A stretch of DNA of 64,000 bases, taken from assembly GCA_964016885.1 (NCBI GenBank), contig OZ024743.1:311178001-311242000 (forward strand). The letters are read 5' to 3'. The notes under the pieces were generated by a model. That model was given only the letters and a program-made list of their open reading frames with translations, made no database searches and was not told the origin of the DNA. Position numbers and translations under genes: made by a program. The stretch is from Eledone cirrhosa (Eukaryota). This document shows, in pieces, positions 45,670 to 60,753 of the stretch (position 1 is the stretch's first letter; every line of letters starts with the position of its first letter).

Positions 45670-45816
<147 letters not shown>

Positions 45817-46112
45817 CAAAGTACGTATATTTAGAAAACGTCGAGCGGAATTTGAAAATTAAATTAGAAAATTAAAATAGACTAATAATAATAATGGGGC
45901 CTATAAACTCACCGAACGAAAAATGATAAGGATCAATACACATGGGAGTCGAACCCACACCTCATGAAAGCAGGATAAGTGCACTACCATGACACTGATG
46001 CACATCTTTTCCCGTTCAGTGCGTTATACATTCAGTTATTATTAAACAATTATATTTAGTCAAAATTACGGCGTAATCTTCTAATCCAATTTCCATACGC
46101 GCACACATGTAC

Positions 46113-46191
<79 letters not shown>

Positions 46192-46444
46192 GTAAGTAGA
46201 AGTAGCAATGCAAACGACACAGTGCATTGAAGAAATATATTAGTTTAACGCTTGAAATAGCAGGAAAAAGAGTATTAATGTTTCAGATACTACTCCTTCA
46301 TCAGAAGATAGTGTTAGGAATAAAAGATAAAATAAAAAGATACAGAGCGGGAAGAGGAAGGAACGGGGAAGAGATGAGAAAAGAGAGAAGGAAGCAAACA
46401 TCTGCATTCAATCAGATTTTGGAGATTTTATATATATATATATT

Positions 46445-46541
<97 letters not shown>

Positions 46542-46546
46542 TTATA

Positions 46547-46599
<53 letters not shown>

Positions 46600-46600
46600 G

Positions 46601-46678
<78 letters not shown>

Positions 46679-46727
46679 TGAGTTGGAATTTGGCCTGAGT
46701 ATCGCTAAAAAGCTTTCTCCGATAATG

Positions 46728-46780
<53 letters not shown>

Positions 46781-46785
<5 letters not shown>

Positions 46786-46915
46786 TAACAGAGTAAAGTT
46801 TAAGCAAAGAATCGCTGCTTTCACCCTTAACGGGTTCTTCTGACACTGAGTTTCAGGAGATCACGTTAAGGGTGAAAGCAGCGATTCTTTGCTTAAACTT
46901 TAATCTGTTATTTTA
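46781..46915. repeat. 135 bp palindrome in (TA)n; single arms also at 7521-7580 and 25241-25305
   Basis: TAAAATAACAGA.TAAAGTTTAAGCAAAGAATCGCTGCTTTCACCCTTAACG and its reverse complement. Confidence 0.85.
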
Positions 46916-46985
46916 ATAAATATTTGCTCTATGGTTTTATATATATCCTTATCGAGCCCTCTTCGGATTTTAGTCTTCACATTTA

Positions 46986-47095
<110 letters not shown>

Positions 47096-47405
47096 TATAT
47101 ACATATATATACATAGATATATAGATATATATATACATATATATATATAGAGATATACATATATACATATATATATACATATATACATATATATATATAC
47201 ATATAGATATATATACATATATATATACATATATACATATATATATATATATACATATAGATATATATACATATATATATACATATATACATAAATATAT
47301 ATATACACATATATATATATATAGGTATATATACACATATATATAGATACATATATATATATAGGTATATATACATATATATATATAGGTATATATACAT
47401 ATATT

Positions 47406-47451
<46 letters not shown>

Positions 47452-47592
47452 TATATATACATATATATACATACATATATATATATAAAGGTATATATAC
47501 ATACATATACATATATATAGGTATATATACATATATATACATACATATATATATATAAAGGTATATATACATACATAAATATATATACATAC

Positions 47593-47643
<51 letters not shown>

Positions 47644-47834
47644 CATATACATCTACATAAGAATGTATGTACTTCCCTATGTATAATGAATTAATTAACT
47701 ACTGTGAATTTCAATATAATGTGATGTTATTATATACACCAATCAAAAACAGAAATAACAATTGGCTGATTCGACACATATTTGAGGTTATCACGTCGAA
47801 CAAATTATGTATATATGTGCACTTGTGTGCGCAG

Positions 47835-48100
<266 letters not shown>

Positions 48101-48102
48101 GC

Positions 48103-48198
<96 letters not shown>

Positions 48199-49744
48199 CA
48201 TAGATTCCGTCGATTTTTTATTAAAACAACGGTGGGAATTTATGTTACAACCCAATATATATATATATATATATATATAACTACATATGGTGGGCTAGGT
48301 GTATATGATGTGCATGTATATACATGTATAAATAAAAATAATATGAAAAGTAATAATAACACAAATATAGATTAACTTACTTGTTGTGGTTAATACAAGA
48401 GTGAAAAGACAGAGCATTGGAAACGCCATATTGGTAGAGTTTTCTCGTTTCGTATTAGTAAGCAAAATCACTGAACCAGTAAGCAAAACCAAAAATAAAA
48501 ACTATCATTAAAATTTTCTACGGCAAAATATCTGTGTTTAACTTTATTTCCCCTTTTAGTATGGATTGCTTTTAGCGAAACTGACGCATGAAACTGTGAA
48601 CACAACAGAAAATAAAAGAAATAATAAAATGTAACAACGCCATGTAATGGGGTAAACATTTGTTCAATTAAATCTTAGGGAGGAGTCACAGTTAAAGAAG
48701 ATGTAGGAAGAAGAGTCTAGGAAAGAAAATATGATATACCTACTCATCATATTGAATATATTCATATATTTTTGCTGTCTTTTGTTCAATGGACAATATG
48801 CATACAAACGATACGCCATTTTGTGATTCGCCCAATAGCAACGGAATGAACAATCCACGCATGCGAAAATGACTTAACGCCAACAAATCGGTTGGTAATA
48901 TCAAAGTAATTATATATACGATGAATATTTGTATGTGGAGTTGGGTATTGAAATATGTATAGGCACGTGTGTTTATGTTCGTGTGTGTGGGTGTGTGTGT
49001 GTGTGTGTGTGTGTTTAGGGGCATTTGTAAATTTAATATGTACTGTGGAAATAGGAACAAACGTACAAATTACTTTACACTGTTATTTAGAATGTGTATA
49101 AGCACACACACACGCGCGCGAGCGCACACACACACACATGCACACACACTATATATATATATATATACATATATATACACACATATATATATATATATAC
49201 ACACACATATATATATAGGAAAAGAGTCAGGATCCCGACGGCTGAGCTCCAGCCGTTTCGACAGCTAGATTCGAACAGTTCCGATCTAGATGTCGAAACA
49301 GCCGGAACTCAGCCGTCGGGGTCCGGACTCTGTTCCTATTACCCACTCTACTACCCTAAGTATCGAGTACTCTGGTGCGTTATGGTCCACCTGGTATCTT
49401 ACCACACCTTTGTTTTATATATATATCAGGAGAATTGACAGTGACGTTGGAATGTTGGATAGAATGCTTTGTAGTATTTGTTCAGGCTGTCACCTCTTTA
49501 TGTTCAAAACCTAGAGGGGTCAATATTGCCCTTAACCCCCCCCCCATGTGCCTCCCCCTCCCCCCTCTCTCTCTCTCTCTCGCTCTCTGGAGGAAATTGG
49601 TTGTGTTCAAACCTGGAGAGAAGGCTGTATGTCACTTCATACATACATATAAACATACATATATACATACATACATACATACATACATACATACATACAT
49701 ACATACATACATACATACATACTTACATACATACATACATACAT

Positions 49745-50157
49745 GGTGGCTGCCAACTCGTTTTCGAGTACGGCCACTACTTTATATCCATGTAGGAGAA
49801 CCCCTACCGATGCGCTGAACGAGTGTGACTTTTTAGTCCAACCAGCGACTTGAAAACTCTGGTACAAACACTACACTTGTGACAATTATTGACACATAGT
49901 GCTGGGCCCATGGTACCATGTGACGACAAGTGCAGAGAGATCTCCAGATATAAAGCAACGCCTGTGCCGTGAAGCTTTTATAGTGAGCAAAGGCACTGCA
50001 CAAAGCCAGTCCCACTCTCTTAACCAAGATGATATTTACCAAAAAGAAGAACAAGTCAACATCATTGGATACCATCAGGGTTGCAGGTGTTATATCAGAG
50101 TTTTCCTTCTCCTAGAATTCTGCCTTGACAAAGGCTAAGGGGTCATCTCTCCCGGAC
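49745..50157 (-). mobile_element. RTE-like LINE 5' region fragment within (CATA)n
   Basis: Reverse complement aligns with 59930-60145. Confidence 0.6.
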
Positions 50158-50227
50158 ATACATACATACATACATACATACATACATACATACATACATA
50201 CAATAATTCAACGTGCTTCAATAGTAA

Positions 50228-50400
50228 ACAAGCACATTAAATCGACTCCAGCGCATACTGCTGCTTTATTTTATCTACACTGTAAGGACGAAAGGTGAAG
50301 CTAACCTTGACGGTAGTTGAGATTCAGACAGGAAAGACACGTCACTATATGCCACAAAGGATGGTGTCCGACGCTCTACCGATACTGCCGATCCACCTCC
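50228..50400 (-). mobile_element. Meta-like SINE
   Basis: CTCTACCGATACTGCCGATCCACC head, reverse complemented. Confidence 0.75.
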
Positions 50401-50405
50401 CTTGG

Positions 50406-50482
<77 letters not shown>

Positions 50483-50635
50483 GGAAGAGAGTCAGGGCCC
50501 CGACGGCTGAGCTCCGGCCGTTTCGACAGCTAGATCCGAACTGCGTTATGAGGGTGTTGTAAGATACCCACCTGGTTTCATACCACACCCTATTTGTCAT
50601 ATATATCCATATATAAAATACAATATGTTGAAAAG

Positions 50636-51190
50636 ATAACACACTAGAGAGAGAAAACCACAGGGAAAACCACCAGTGTATGGAATCTATACTCTATGAA
50701 AAGCAGGGTAGACACACAGTAATTAAAAATATAAATTAAAATGTATATACGCACCTCTATAACTATATAACACACGCGTACAAATCCAAAGAGATCTCTT
50801 TCTCCAGGTGGTAGTTGACTGAAATGGAATAACCTATAGGTCATCAGCGCGTATAACACGCTGTGACATCTCTCTGCCGTGTGTAGCTGGACGGTCACTT
50901 TAGATTCTCTTAGAGTTGTCTGAAATGTATAGTCTTGCACGCGCTGATGAGCCATAGGCTATTCCATTTCAGTCAACAACTTCCTGGCAAAACAGATCTC
51001 TTTTGATTTGTACGCGTGTGCTATATAGTTATAGAGGTGCGTATATACATTTTAATTTATATTTTTAATTAATGTGTGTCTACCCTGCTTTTCATAGATT
51101 ATAGATTCCATACACTGGTGGTTTTTCCTGTTTTACTGATGGCACACTATCTCTCTCTAGTGTGTTACCTTATCAACATATTGTATTTTA
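50636..51190. mobile_element. Fold-back element with ~210 bp arms, each with a CTGATGA..GAAA hammerhead-like motif
   Basis: Arms 50636-50851 / 50940-51175. Minus arm reads CGCG CTGATGA..GAAA GAGATCTC TT. Stem I pairing is weak. Confidence 0.7.
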
Positions 51191-51414
51191 AAGAGCTCAG
51201 GATTCCTTTTCCTTTGAGCACATTATTGACAGGGAATAATGAGAGTCTATGGCCCCGTTAATTTATCGTGATATATACATATATATATATGTCCTGAAAT
51301 AGCCGTCGAAACGGCTTGAGCTCTGCCGTCGGGGTCATACTTTTTCCTATATATATATAGTTATATTATTCAAAATGTTAACAAATGAAAAATATTCCCA
51401 TAATCAAAATATAT

Positions 51415-51479
51415 ACTTTATCATATATATTTCAAAGGTACTGTGCTGTTTTTTTTAGTACCTCCTCATCAGATAAAAT
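51415..51479 (-). ncRNA. Hammerhead fold with non-cleavable G17
   Basis: ATTTTAT CTGATGA GGAGGTACT..AGTACCTTT GAAA TATATA TG ATAAAGT. Confidence 0.7.
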
Positions 51480-51544
51480 ATATAATTTGATATATGACAT
51501 ACTGCTACGGTCTTGATTATTCAATTCCCGTATATATATATAGA

Positions 51545-52644
51545 GAATGGAAAACGAAAAATCAGTGATGCATCGGAACTCAATTCATTGTGTGTTACAA
51601 TTGTTTCCCCGGCGAACTACTTCAGGTGGGATATGTGTGTGGATCTACCTGACTCTGGATTCGCAGGTTCCTCGGATACGCCTATTGATTTCGGAGCATA
51701 TCCTCATTCTAGGGTTTCTGCCCCTACAAGCCTATATCGTCCACCTTCATCCGCTTTGTGCGTCCTTGGGTTGGTCACTGGTTAGTGACGTCATCATTAT
51801 TCTGCTGTGTTTGTCAGCTCACACTCCCACGCGCACACACACACATGCACAGAGATACGGACAGATACATACAGAGTAGCTTGTGTGCTTACATTCACAC
51901 ATGTACGCCCAGAAGCACACACACTAAATAGTCACACAAATATACGCATACATGCACACAGAGAGATACACACACACGTGCGCGCGTGTATATACGCACG
52001 CATACACACATACACACACATGCACGCACCTGTATATATACATACACACACACACGTACGCATTCGTACATATACACACATATACACGCACAGATATATA
52101 TACATACATACACATACGCACACCTGCACATATATATGTATATATACACACATACACATACATATATATATATACACACACCTACCTACACGCCTACACA
52201 CCCATATACACACATACATCTACACACATGTATATAGATATACATACACACACATATATGTATACATATATATATATATATATAATGTTTATATCGATGT
52301 TTGACGGGCATCCACTGATGATTTATAAGTGCCCACCTGCATATATTCCTACGGAATGTGTACAGGCTTCTACATAACCTGGATACATTCTCCCAACTTG
52401 TAGAAAACTTATAATGGAACAATTGTTTGGAAAGGGAGATATATTTTAATTATGTCTCATATAAAATAATACAACTGGCTTTCCGCAAAATACATATAGT
52501 TAGCACCCCAAACGTAAAATTGGGATTATACTAAGGTATATCCTAATGTTTGTTGAGTGAGATGGAAGCCAGTCGGAGTATAGCTTAAAGCTTTCTCTGT
52601 TAATGTGTTAAATATATATATATATACATGTATGTATATAGATG

Positions 52645-52738
<94 letters not shown>

Positions 52739-53454
52739 CATGCCTTACCTTTGTTTTTTTTCCTCTACACGTGCATACACACACACACTCGCACATATAT
52801 TCCTACAGATATGTATATATATATATATACACACATAAAAAATATATGTAAAAAATACATATAAGAAAAGCATATAATGATACACATTGGGCTGTATATG
52901 CAAAAATGCACCTTGATGTAAATGCTGACAGAGTTGATATTATGTTACCAACGTGGATTAATCCAGGTATAGAAACCTCAAGCAAGGCTACATATGGGGA
53001 GTTCATGGTATTAATGTAAAGGGTATGCGCAGACCGTATAAAGAAAATGCATGCAGGATATACAAAACAAATGTATTAAAAATATAAAAAAATACATATA
53101 TCTGAATTAAATAAGAAAAGTATACAAAGATACACAGGTTTGAACATGGAAAAATACATGGAGTGTTACATAATGGAGTGCGTGGAGAATATGCACATAC
53201 TACTGAAAAGATACACATGGAGGGAGTGCGTGAACAGGCCATAAGGGAACATGTCACTGTGGGTGAGATAGAGTGCCCGATCCACACACAGATCGCACCT
53301 CGAGCTGTTCGCCGGGAAAACAATTGTAACACACAATAAATTGAGTTCCGATGCATCACTGATTTTTCGTTTTCCATTCTATCATACTCTACTCCGTGGG
53401 AACATAGAGTGCTCAACCGGCATAGCGCCTATGGGAGTATCTTATCTGCCATTT

Positions 53455-53455
<1 letters not shown>
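51545..53455 (-). mobile_element. Second, non-coding copy of the PLE 3' region at 21195-24005, with an inverted terminal piece (53277-53382)
   Basis: 51545-51700 resembles 21195-21335 and 53200-53270 resembles 23415-23480. 53300-53382 is the reverse complement of 51545-51625. Confidence 0.65.
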
Positions 53456-54274
<819 letters not shown>

Positions 54275-54350
54275 CTGAATATAAAAGAGAGATAAACACA
54301 GATATAAACATACATGTGTTCAAATCGTAACGGACCAAGTTTTATTTTAC

Positions 54351-54423
54351 ACCCAGTGATGACCAAAAATTGGTATTTTCCTTCGCTTAAATTTCGAAAC
54401 AGCCTACCATAAGCTGTCTGGGT
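54351..54423 (+). ncRNA. Degenerate hammerhead (C3G), homologue of 42717-42799
   Basis: ACCCA GTGATGA..GAAA CAGC-CTACCATAA-GCTG TC TGGGT. Confidence 0.65.
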
Positions 54424-54959
54424 TTTCGGCAGTTGTCCAATATAGGTTTGTATTCCTTTTCTTGATTTATTACTTTAAACTGAGTCTGGCAAACCATATT
54501 GTTTATAGTTAGTATTTTTTTCACCCCAGCGAATGTGGTCTCTTACGATTTGAACACATGTATATTTATATCTGAGTTTATCTCTCTTTTATATTCAATT
54601 ATATTACACGGCTCAGAAATACTCCTTTATTTGAGGTATTTAATTGTAAGAGACTATTTTGAGTTTCTATCTCAATATATATTATATTTCATTTCTTGAA
54701 GCCTATCATAGAGAATACACAATCTTCATTGATTGAAATGCAAATAAGACACATAAAATTAAACCGCACGTACGGAAGAAAAACATTGAATATAAACCTA
54801 ATGACAGCAAGAGACAATATAGAAGTTAAACATCACTGATGTTTCCAAGTACTTAATGTAATTCTTCAAAATAAAATCTTATCTATATTGATTCAAATTG
54901 TTCAGTTCTCTGTAAGTCATATATATATATATATTATATATATATATATAACATATATA

Positions 54960-55066
<107 letters not shown>

Positions 55067-55313
55067 CGTGTGCGCGTGTGTGTATGAATGTATATATACA
55101 TATATATTCATATATACATATGTATGTATGTATGTTCGTATGTAAACGGAGGATTAAAGTACAATTACATTCATTGAATTGACAGGTATATATGTATGTA
55201 TGCCAAAACGATAAATTCTCTAAGAGAATTGTTGTTTTATCTAAATTGAAAGAATTTCTTCCCACATATTAACAGAAGAAAGGTGATGAATATCATATAT
55301 AAAGGATATCTCG

Positions 55314-55385
<72 letters not shown>

Positions 55386-55993
55386 CAAGAAAGAAGAGTG
55401 ACATGGTTCGCTATACAATAAGGGCTTTATTCACTTTGCTGACAATTATAAAACTAGGCAAATAGTACGTAGAGTAGGAGGACCGAACACGAATAATGTA
55501 AACCCCAGAAACTATAGAAGAACTAGAGAAAGAAAATACATTTGGTTTAATCCAATCTTCAACTCCTCTATAATAACTAAACTGCCTTCTACGTTCTTTA
55601 AACTAATAGATAAGCACTTCCCTATATCGCATAGATATCATAACATCTTCAATAGAAAAACTATAAAACTCTCATACTCTACTGCTGTAAACATTGAATC
55701 GCACATACGCAAGATCAACCACATGAATATCTCTAGGAAAAATATCCCACCCAGACGCAACATAGCACCAAACACAAAACACAAACGCATTACACTATCA
55801 CAACAGCAATAGGCATAAATCACAACCCACATACAATAGCTTACAAAACCGCAATGTGAAAGCTGCACAGAGTAATACCCCGAACTGCAAATGTCACCAA
55901 CCGGATAAGTGCCCACTAGCGAAAAGGTGCCTTGATTCGGGCCTAGTGTACATGTGTACTATAGACTCAGGCAACTCCACTTGGCACTACATT

Positions 55994-56224
55994 TTTTTTT
56001 TTTTATTCTAATCGATCGACTTTCGTCAAATCGGACCGAGGAAACAATGTTTCCATTGGTCTTTCCAATTGCTAATACTATCTATCGGTCGCAACTCCAG
56101 GTAGAAGAAGCAACGTGAAATAAAGTGTCTTGCTCAAGGACATAACGCATCGCCTGGTCCAGGAATCGAACTCACAACCTTACGATTGCGAATCCAATTC
56201 TCTAACCACTCAGCCACACGCCTT
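55994..56224 (-). mobile_element. tRNA-headed SINE with poly(A) tail and 16 bp TSD
   Basis: CACTTGGCACTACATT at 55978-55993 and 56225-56240. Confidence 0.88.
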
Positions 56225-57507
56225 CACTTGGCACTACATTGGTGCTTTTAAAAAAAAGATAGTAAGTGCACAGACATTCAATGAAGAACCGTGCACTGAT
56301 AAATAAATTCTACAACCCTTGCCAATAAAATCTGGCAACTTAAGGACAAAAACCTTGATTATAATATTAGCTGGTCGAAATTGGCGACCGCAAAGACATA
56401 TAGCAGCGGTATGTCCTACTGCGGCCTCTGCAACCTTGAATTGCTGCATATTTTAAGGAACGATAAAATGCTACTCAACAGCAAAATAGAGAGGTCAATT
56501 TTCTGCAGACATAGGATTGCTACAAAATTCGCGAGATTTAAACCACCGTGATTCGAACCAATACCACTTAGCTTTTAACATATGAAATCCACCTTCTCAC
56601 ACAGCCCAATACGGAACTATAATCTTCTATAAATACCTTATAGCCTCCCTAATTCTATTCCACTGGAATATGTCTACAACTACCTTATCAGCCCATAAAT
56701 CAATACTACCTTCGCTGTTACCCACTCCTTCGGACCAAGCATTTATATCTCTCATTAGCACTCATGATCTCTAACAGATGAACCTAATTCTAAGTACATT
56801 ATCTTATTACTCCTTCACCCCTTGAAATCTTACTTTCCTCTTATTGTTCTTATTATTCTTATTATTATTATGAACATCTCAATATATCCCTAATATTATT
56901 CATCATGTTCTCTATATCTGCCATACATTTTTTACTATTTTACTACCTTTATTGCTTCTATTATTGTTGTTATCACTGTCTTATTTATACACGATTTGTT
57001 ATTGATGCTGTGAAAACTAAACCCCCACGATTCGAACAAACAATCCCTACCTTTAGTATAGGCCACTTAAATACCGAATCTACAACTCTATTTAACACCA
57101 CATAAAACTATCATCATCACTAAATTAATCAAACGAATGTGTTTATCTGTCAAATAAAAAAATAAAAAGTAAATCTCCGGTTTATTGTAGAATACCTACG
57201 GCACAGTGGATACCTCATAAATTCTGTCTCCAAGTACATCTTAGTGGTTACTGTTATCTAGTCGCTACCCTATCACTATATCTAATGTACCCTATAGCAG
57301 TTTTCACATGTCAATTCCATACATCTGTATCGTATCAGTCTGTTTAACATGCAAGATTCTCCATTATACTCTATCTCTTACTTATATTCATGTTATTATT
57401 TTAATTGTCTGCTATCTAATTATTTTATTTTATCATTGATATTATTGTTGTGGTTTAATTCTACACTTATATAAAAGCCATGGCTTATGTATTTTCTTCA
57501 TTTCACC

Positions 57508-57617
57508 TGCTCCGATGATAAAGACTGGTTATAAAGTAAGTATTGGAGATCGATTGGCGCAAAATCAGGCGTATAGCGAATTCTAGACCTGCCAGATCAA
57601 AGAAACAATTGTTAGCA
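57508..57617 (+). ncRNA. Hammerhead variant with ~83 nt stem II insertion
   Basis: TGCT CCGATGA [83 nt] GAAA CAATTG TT AGCA. Confidence 0.65.
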
Positions 57618-57842
57618 ATGTGAATAAAGCCCTTGTTGTATAGCGAACCATGTTAATCTTCTTTCTTGAATTATTATTACACAAAGTATAAACTACATAG
57701 AAATCACCGCGAACTCGCAGCATCACTATGGAAACGTCTTGTTGAGTCAAAGTAAGCCACACGTTAATACTATCCACTACAAGAAACAACTCCAACTGGA
57801 CTACATCTAAGTGGACTGCCATAACGATAACCTGTTATCCCG

Positions 57843-57891
<49 letters not shown>

Positions 57892-57916
57892 ATGTGTGTG
57901 TGTGTGTGTGTGTGTG

Positions 57917-58058
<142 letters not shown>

Positions 58059-59107
58059 CGTGCGTGTGTGTGTTTACTTTCTCAACCTCAAATCCCGTCA
58101 AGGCTAGCTTCACCTTTCCTCCTTACAGTGTAGATAAAATAAAGCAGCAGTAATGCGCTGGAGTCGATTTAATGTGCTTTTTTACTCTCGAAGCACGTTG
58201 AATTATTGTATGTATATATTTATGTTTGTTTATATGTATGTATGTTTATACGTATGTATATATGTATGTATATATGTATGTATGTAGTGACATACAGCCA
58301 TCTCTCCAGATCTGAAGACAACCGATTTCCTCCAGAGATAGGAAAAGAGTCCGGACCCCGGCGGCTGAGCTCCGGCTGTTTCGACAGCTAGATCCGAACA
58401 GTTCGGATCTAGTTGTCGAAACGGCCGGAGCTCAACCGTCGGGGTCCTGACTCTTTCCTATATATATACGTACCCATGGGAGGTGGATCGGCAGAGGTAT
58501 TAAAAGATGCCCAAGAACTGCTCTATGTCATTACGTCGCCTCTATGACTCCACAAGGGGTTAGAAAGAGGAATAAGCTACTTGGGTATATTTAAATCGGG
58601 ACTATTTGCATGTCTATTATACATAAACATACTGTATATAGGTCCATATATGCCTTTATTGTGAATTAGCCTCTGTCGATTTTGACGCTGAGTATTCCGA
58701 TGTTCAAGCAACGAAACAACCTGCTCAGAAAAACTCTAATTTGAGAGAAGAGAATCGGAACGAATTCCACAAATCATTCTAACCGACGTTCTAACAACTC
58801 TGCCAATTCGCCGCCTAAAGGTAGGTGTAAAATAATGTGTAAAACCAATTTACTTTTTAGTATCATAAAAATTAATTTGTATAATTTTTTTATCATTATT
58901 ACGATGGGTGGGATGCATGATGAATTTTATTCTCTAAAAGGGAAGCAATTTAAAAATAGTTGGAAAAACTCTAATCTATGTGCATCTGGCGAATGTGAAG
59001 TCAAATGTGACACATTGAAAATTATCCAGCTGCTCTGAATAACTAACGAAGCTGTATACTATATTTTTTCCAATGTCCTCATAGAAGACAAATAATGATT
59101 TCTGATT

Positions 59108-59312
59108 TAGGCACAAAGCCAACAATTTGGGAGCAGGGGAAATTCGATTAAATCGACCCCAGTACATTACTGGTGCTTTATTTTATCGACTCGGTAAGGA
59201 TGAAGAGCAAAGCTAACCTCGACGGGATTTGAACTCAGAATGTAAAGGGACATAATTATATGCCGCAAAGTATGTAGTCAGATGCTCTACTGATTCTGCA
59301 AAACCACCACCC
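59108..59312 (-). mobile_element. Meta-like SINE (older subfamily)
   Basis: TTTTATCGACTCGGTAAGGATGAAGAGC..GGGATTTGAACTCAG. Confidence 0.75.
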
Positions 59313-59651
59313 AATAGAAAGCAAATAATAATGACTTTGAAAATTAGGTTCGGTTTTCACGTTATATAAATCAATGTTATAATAATTAATTTGTTGTGAC
59401 ATAGTAAAAAGCCAAAAAATAAAAAATACAATTCCCCAGGTGGTCTATATTTCCCATTTCCTATATCTGCGACAAGATAGCTAAACAACACTGAACTCTT
59501 CTTTTGTAGAAGACATACTAAATAAAAACAGAGACTACAAATTCGAACGCTACACCTGCATACACATACACTGTATATATATGTGTGTGTGTGTGTACAT
59601 GTATATATATATATGTGTGTGTGTGTGCGTGCGCGCGCGCGTGCAAGTGTG

Positions 59652-59682
<31 letters not shown>

Positions 59683-60150
59683 GTCAGGTCACTCTTGAGT
59701 GCTACTGGTAACATATAACCCAGTACCACCTGTCGCATGGTCGGGTCGTCGGCGACTAAACCGGCAACCCCACCAAGTTTACTTGGTGAGGAGGGTGATT
59801 TTGGGCACCCTGCAAGACAAAAAAACAAAACCTAACAAAGGGCGGAAGAATTCATAAGAGTCAACGGCCATCCAAAAGTGTGTAAATATGTATATACACA
59901 TGTACCGCGCTGTTAAACTACTGGGAGTGAAGGACCCCTAGCCTTTGTCAGGGCATTTTTGTAGGAGAAGGCAACTCAGGAAACTGGGATAACTCCGATA
60001 TAAAACATGCGGCTCAGTAGTTACCGATGATGTTGATCTTTTGTTCTTTTCGAGTTATAGCTACTGCCGCTCAGAGAGTGGGATTGGCTCAGTGCACAGT
60101 CTTTCCTCACTTTAAAAAATGTCTTCACGCACAGGCATTGCACGATGGAA
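59683..60150 (+). mobile_element. RTE-like LINE 5' UTR fragment
   Basis: GC-rich structured segment homologous to 49745-50157. GTAGGAGAAGGCAACTC-type motif. Confidence 0.55.
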
Positions 60151-60171
60151 TTAATTAATTTTTTCTTCTTT

Positions 60172-60342
60172 TGGCACAATGCCAGCAATTAACCAGTGCA
60201 TTACTGGTACTTTATTTTTTCGACCCCGTAAGGATGAAAGGTAAAGTCAACCTCGGCGGGATTTGAACTCAGATCGTAAAGGGACGTAACTATGCTGGAA
60301 AGCATGGCGTCTGACCCTCTACCGATACTGCCAATCCACCGC
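60172..60342 (-). mobile_element. Meta-like SINE
   Basis: Nearly identical to 17031-17218. Confidence 0.88.
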
Positions 60343-60405
60343 ACGATAGAATTAATTAATAATTATTAATACCGTGCAATGGCTATACTCGATAACGAGG
60401 GAGCA

Positions 60406-60447
<42 letters not shown>

Positions 60448-60519
60448 TTCCGTGTGTGTATTATATATATTAATATATATTTATATGCATATATGCATGT
60501 ATATATATGCATACATATC

Positions 60520-60582
<63 letters not shown>

Positions 60583-60669
60583 CTATCTATATTACCCACT
60601 CTACTACCCTAAGTATTGAGTACTTTGGTGCGTTATGGTCCATCTGGTTCCGTACCACATTTCCTTCGT

Positions 60670-60753
<84 letters not shown>

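Larger units (their letters stand above)
55380..57678 (+). mobile_element. 5'-truncated Penelope-like element (GIY-YIG region decayed) with 3' HHR pLTR and 5' inverted pLTR piece
   Basis: RKRKYIWFNPIFN..FLKLIDKHFP..IFNRKTIKLSYS, GLVY..HYIG and IWQLKDKNLDYNISWS..CGLCNLE. 55380-55447 is the reverse complement of 57607-57674. Confidence 0.85.

Noticed and set aside
54828-54846. CTGATG inside AAACATCACTGATGTTT
   Set aside because: Simple short palindrome with no downstream GAAA or stem III.
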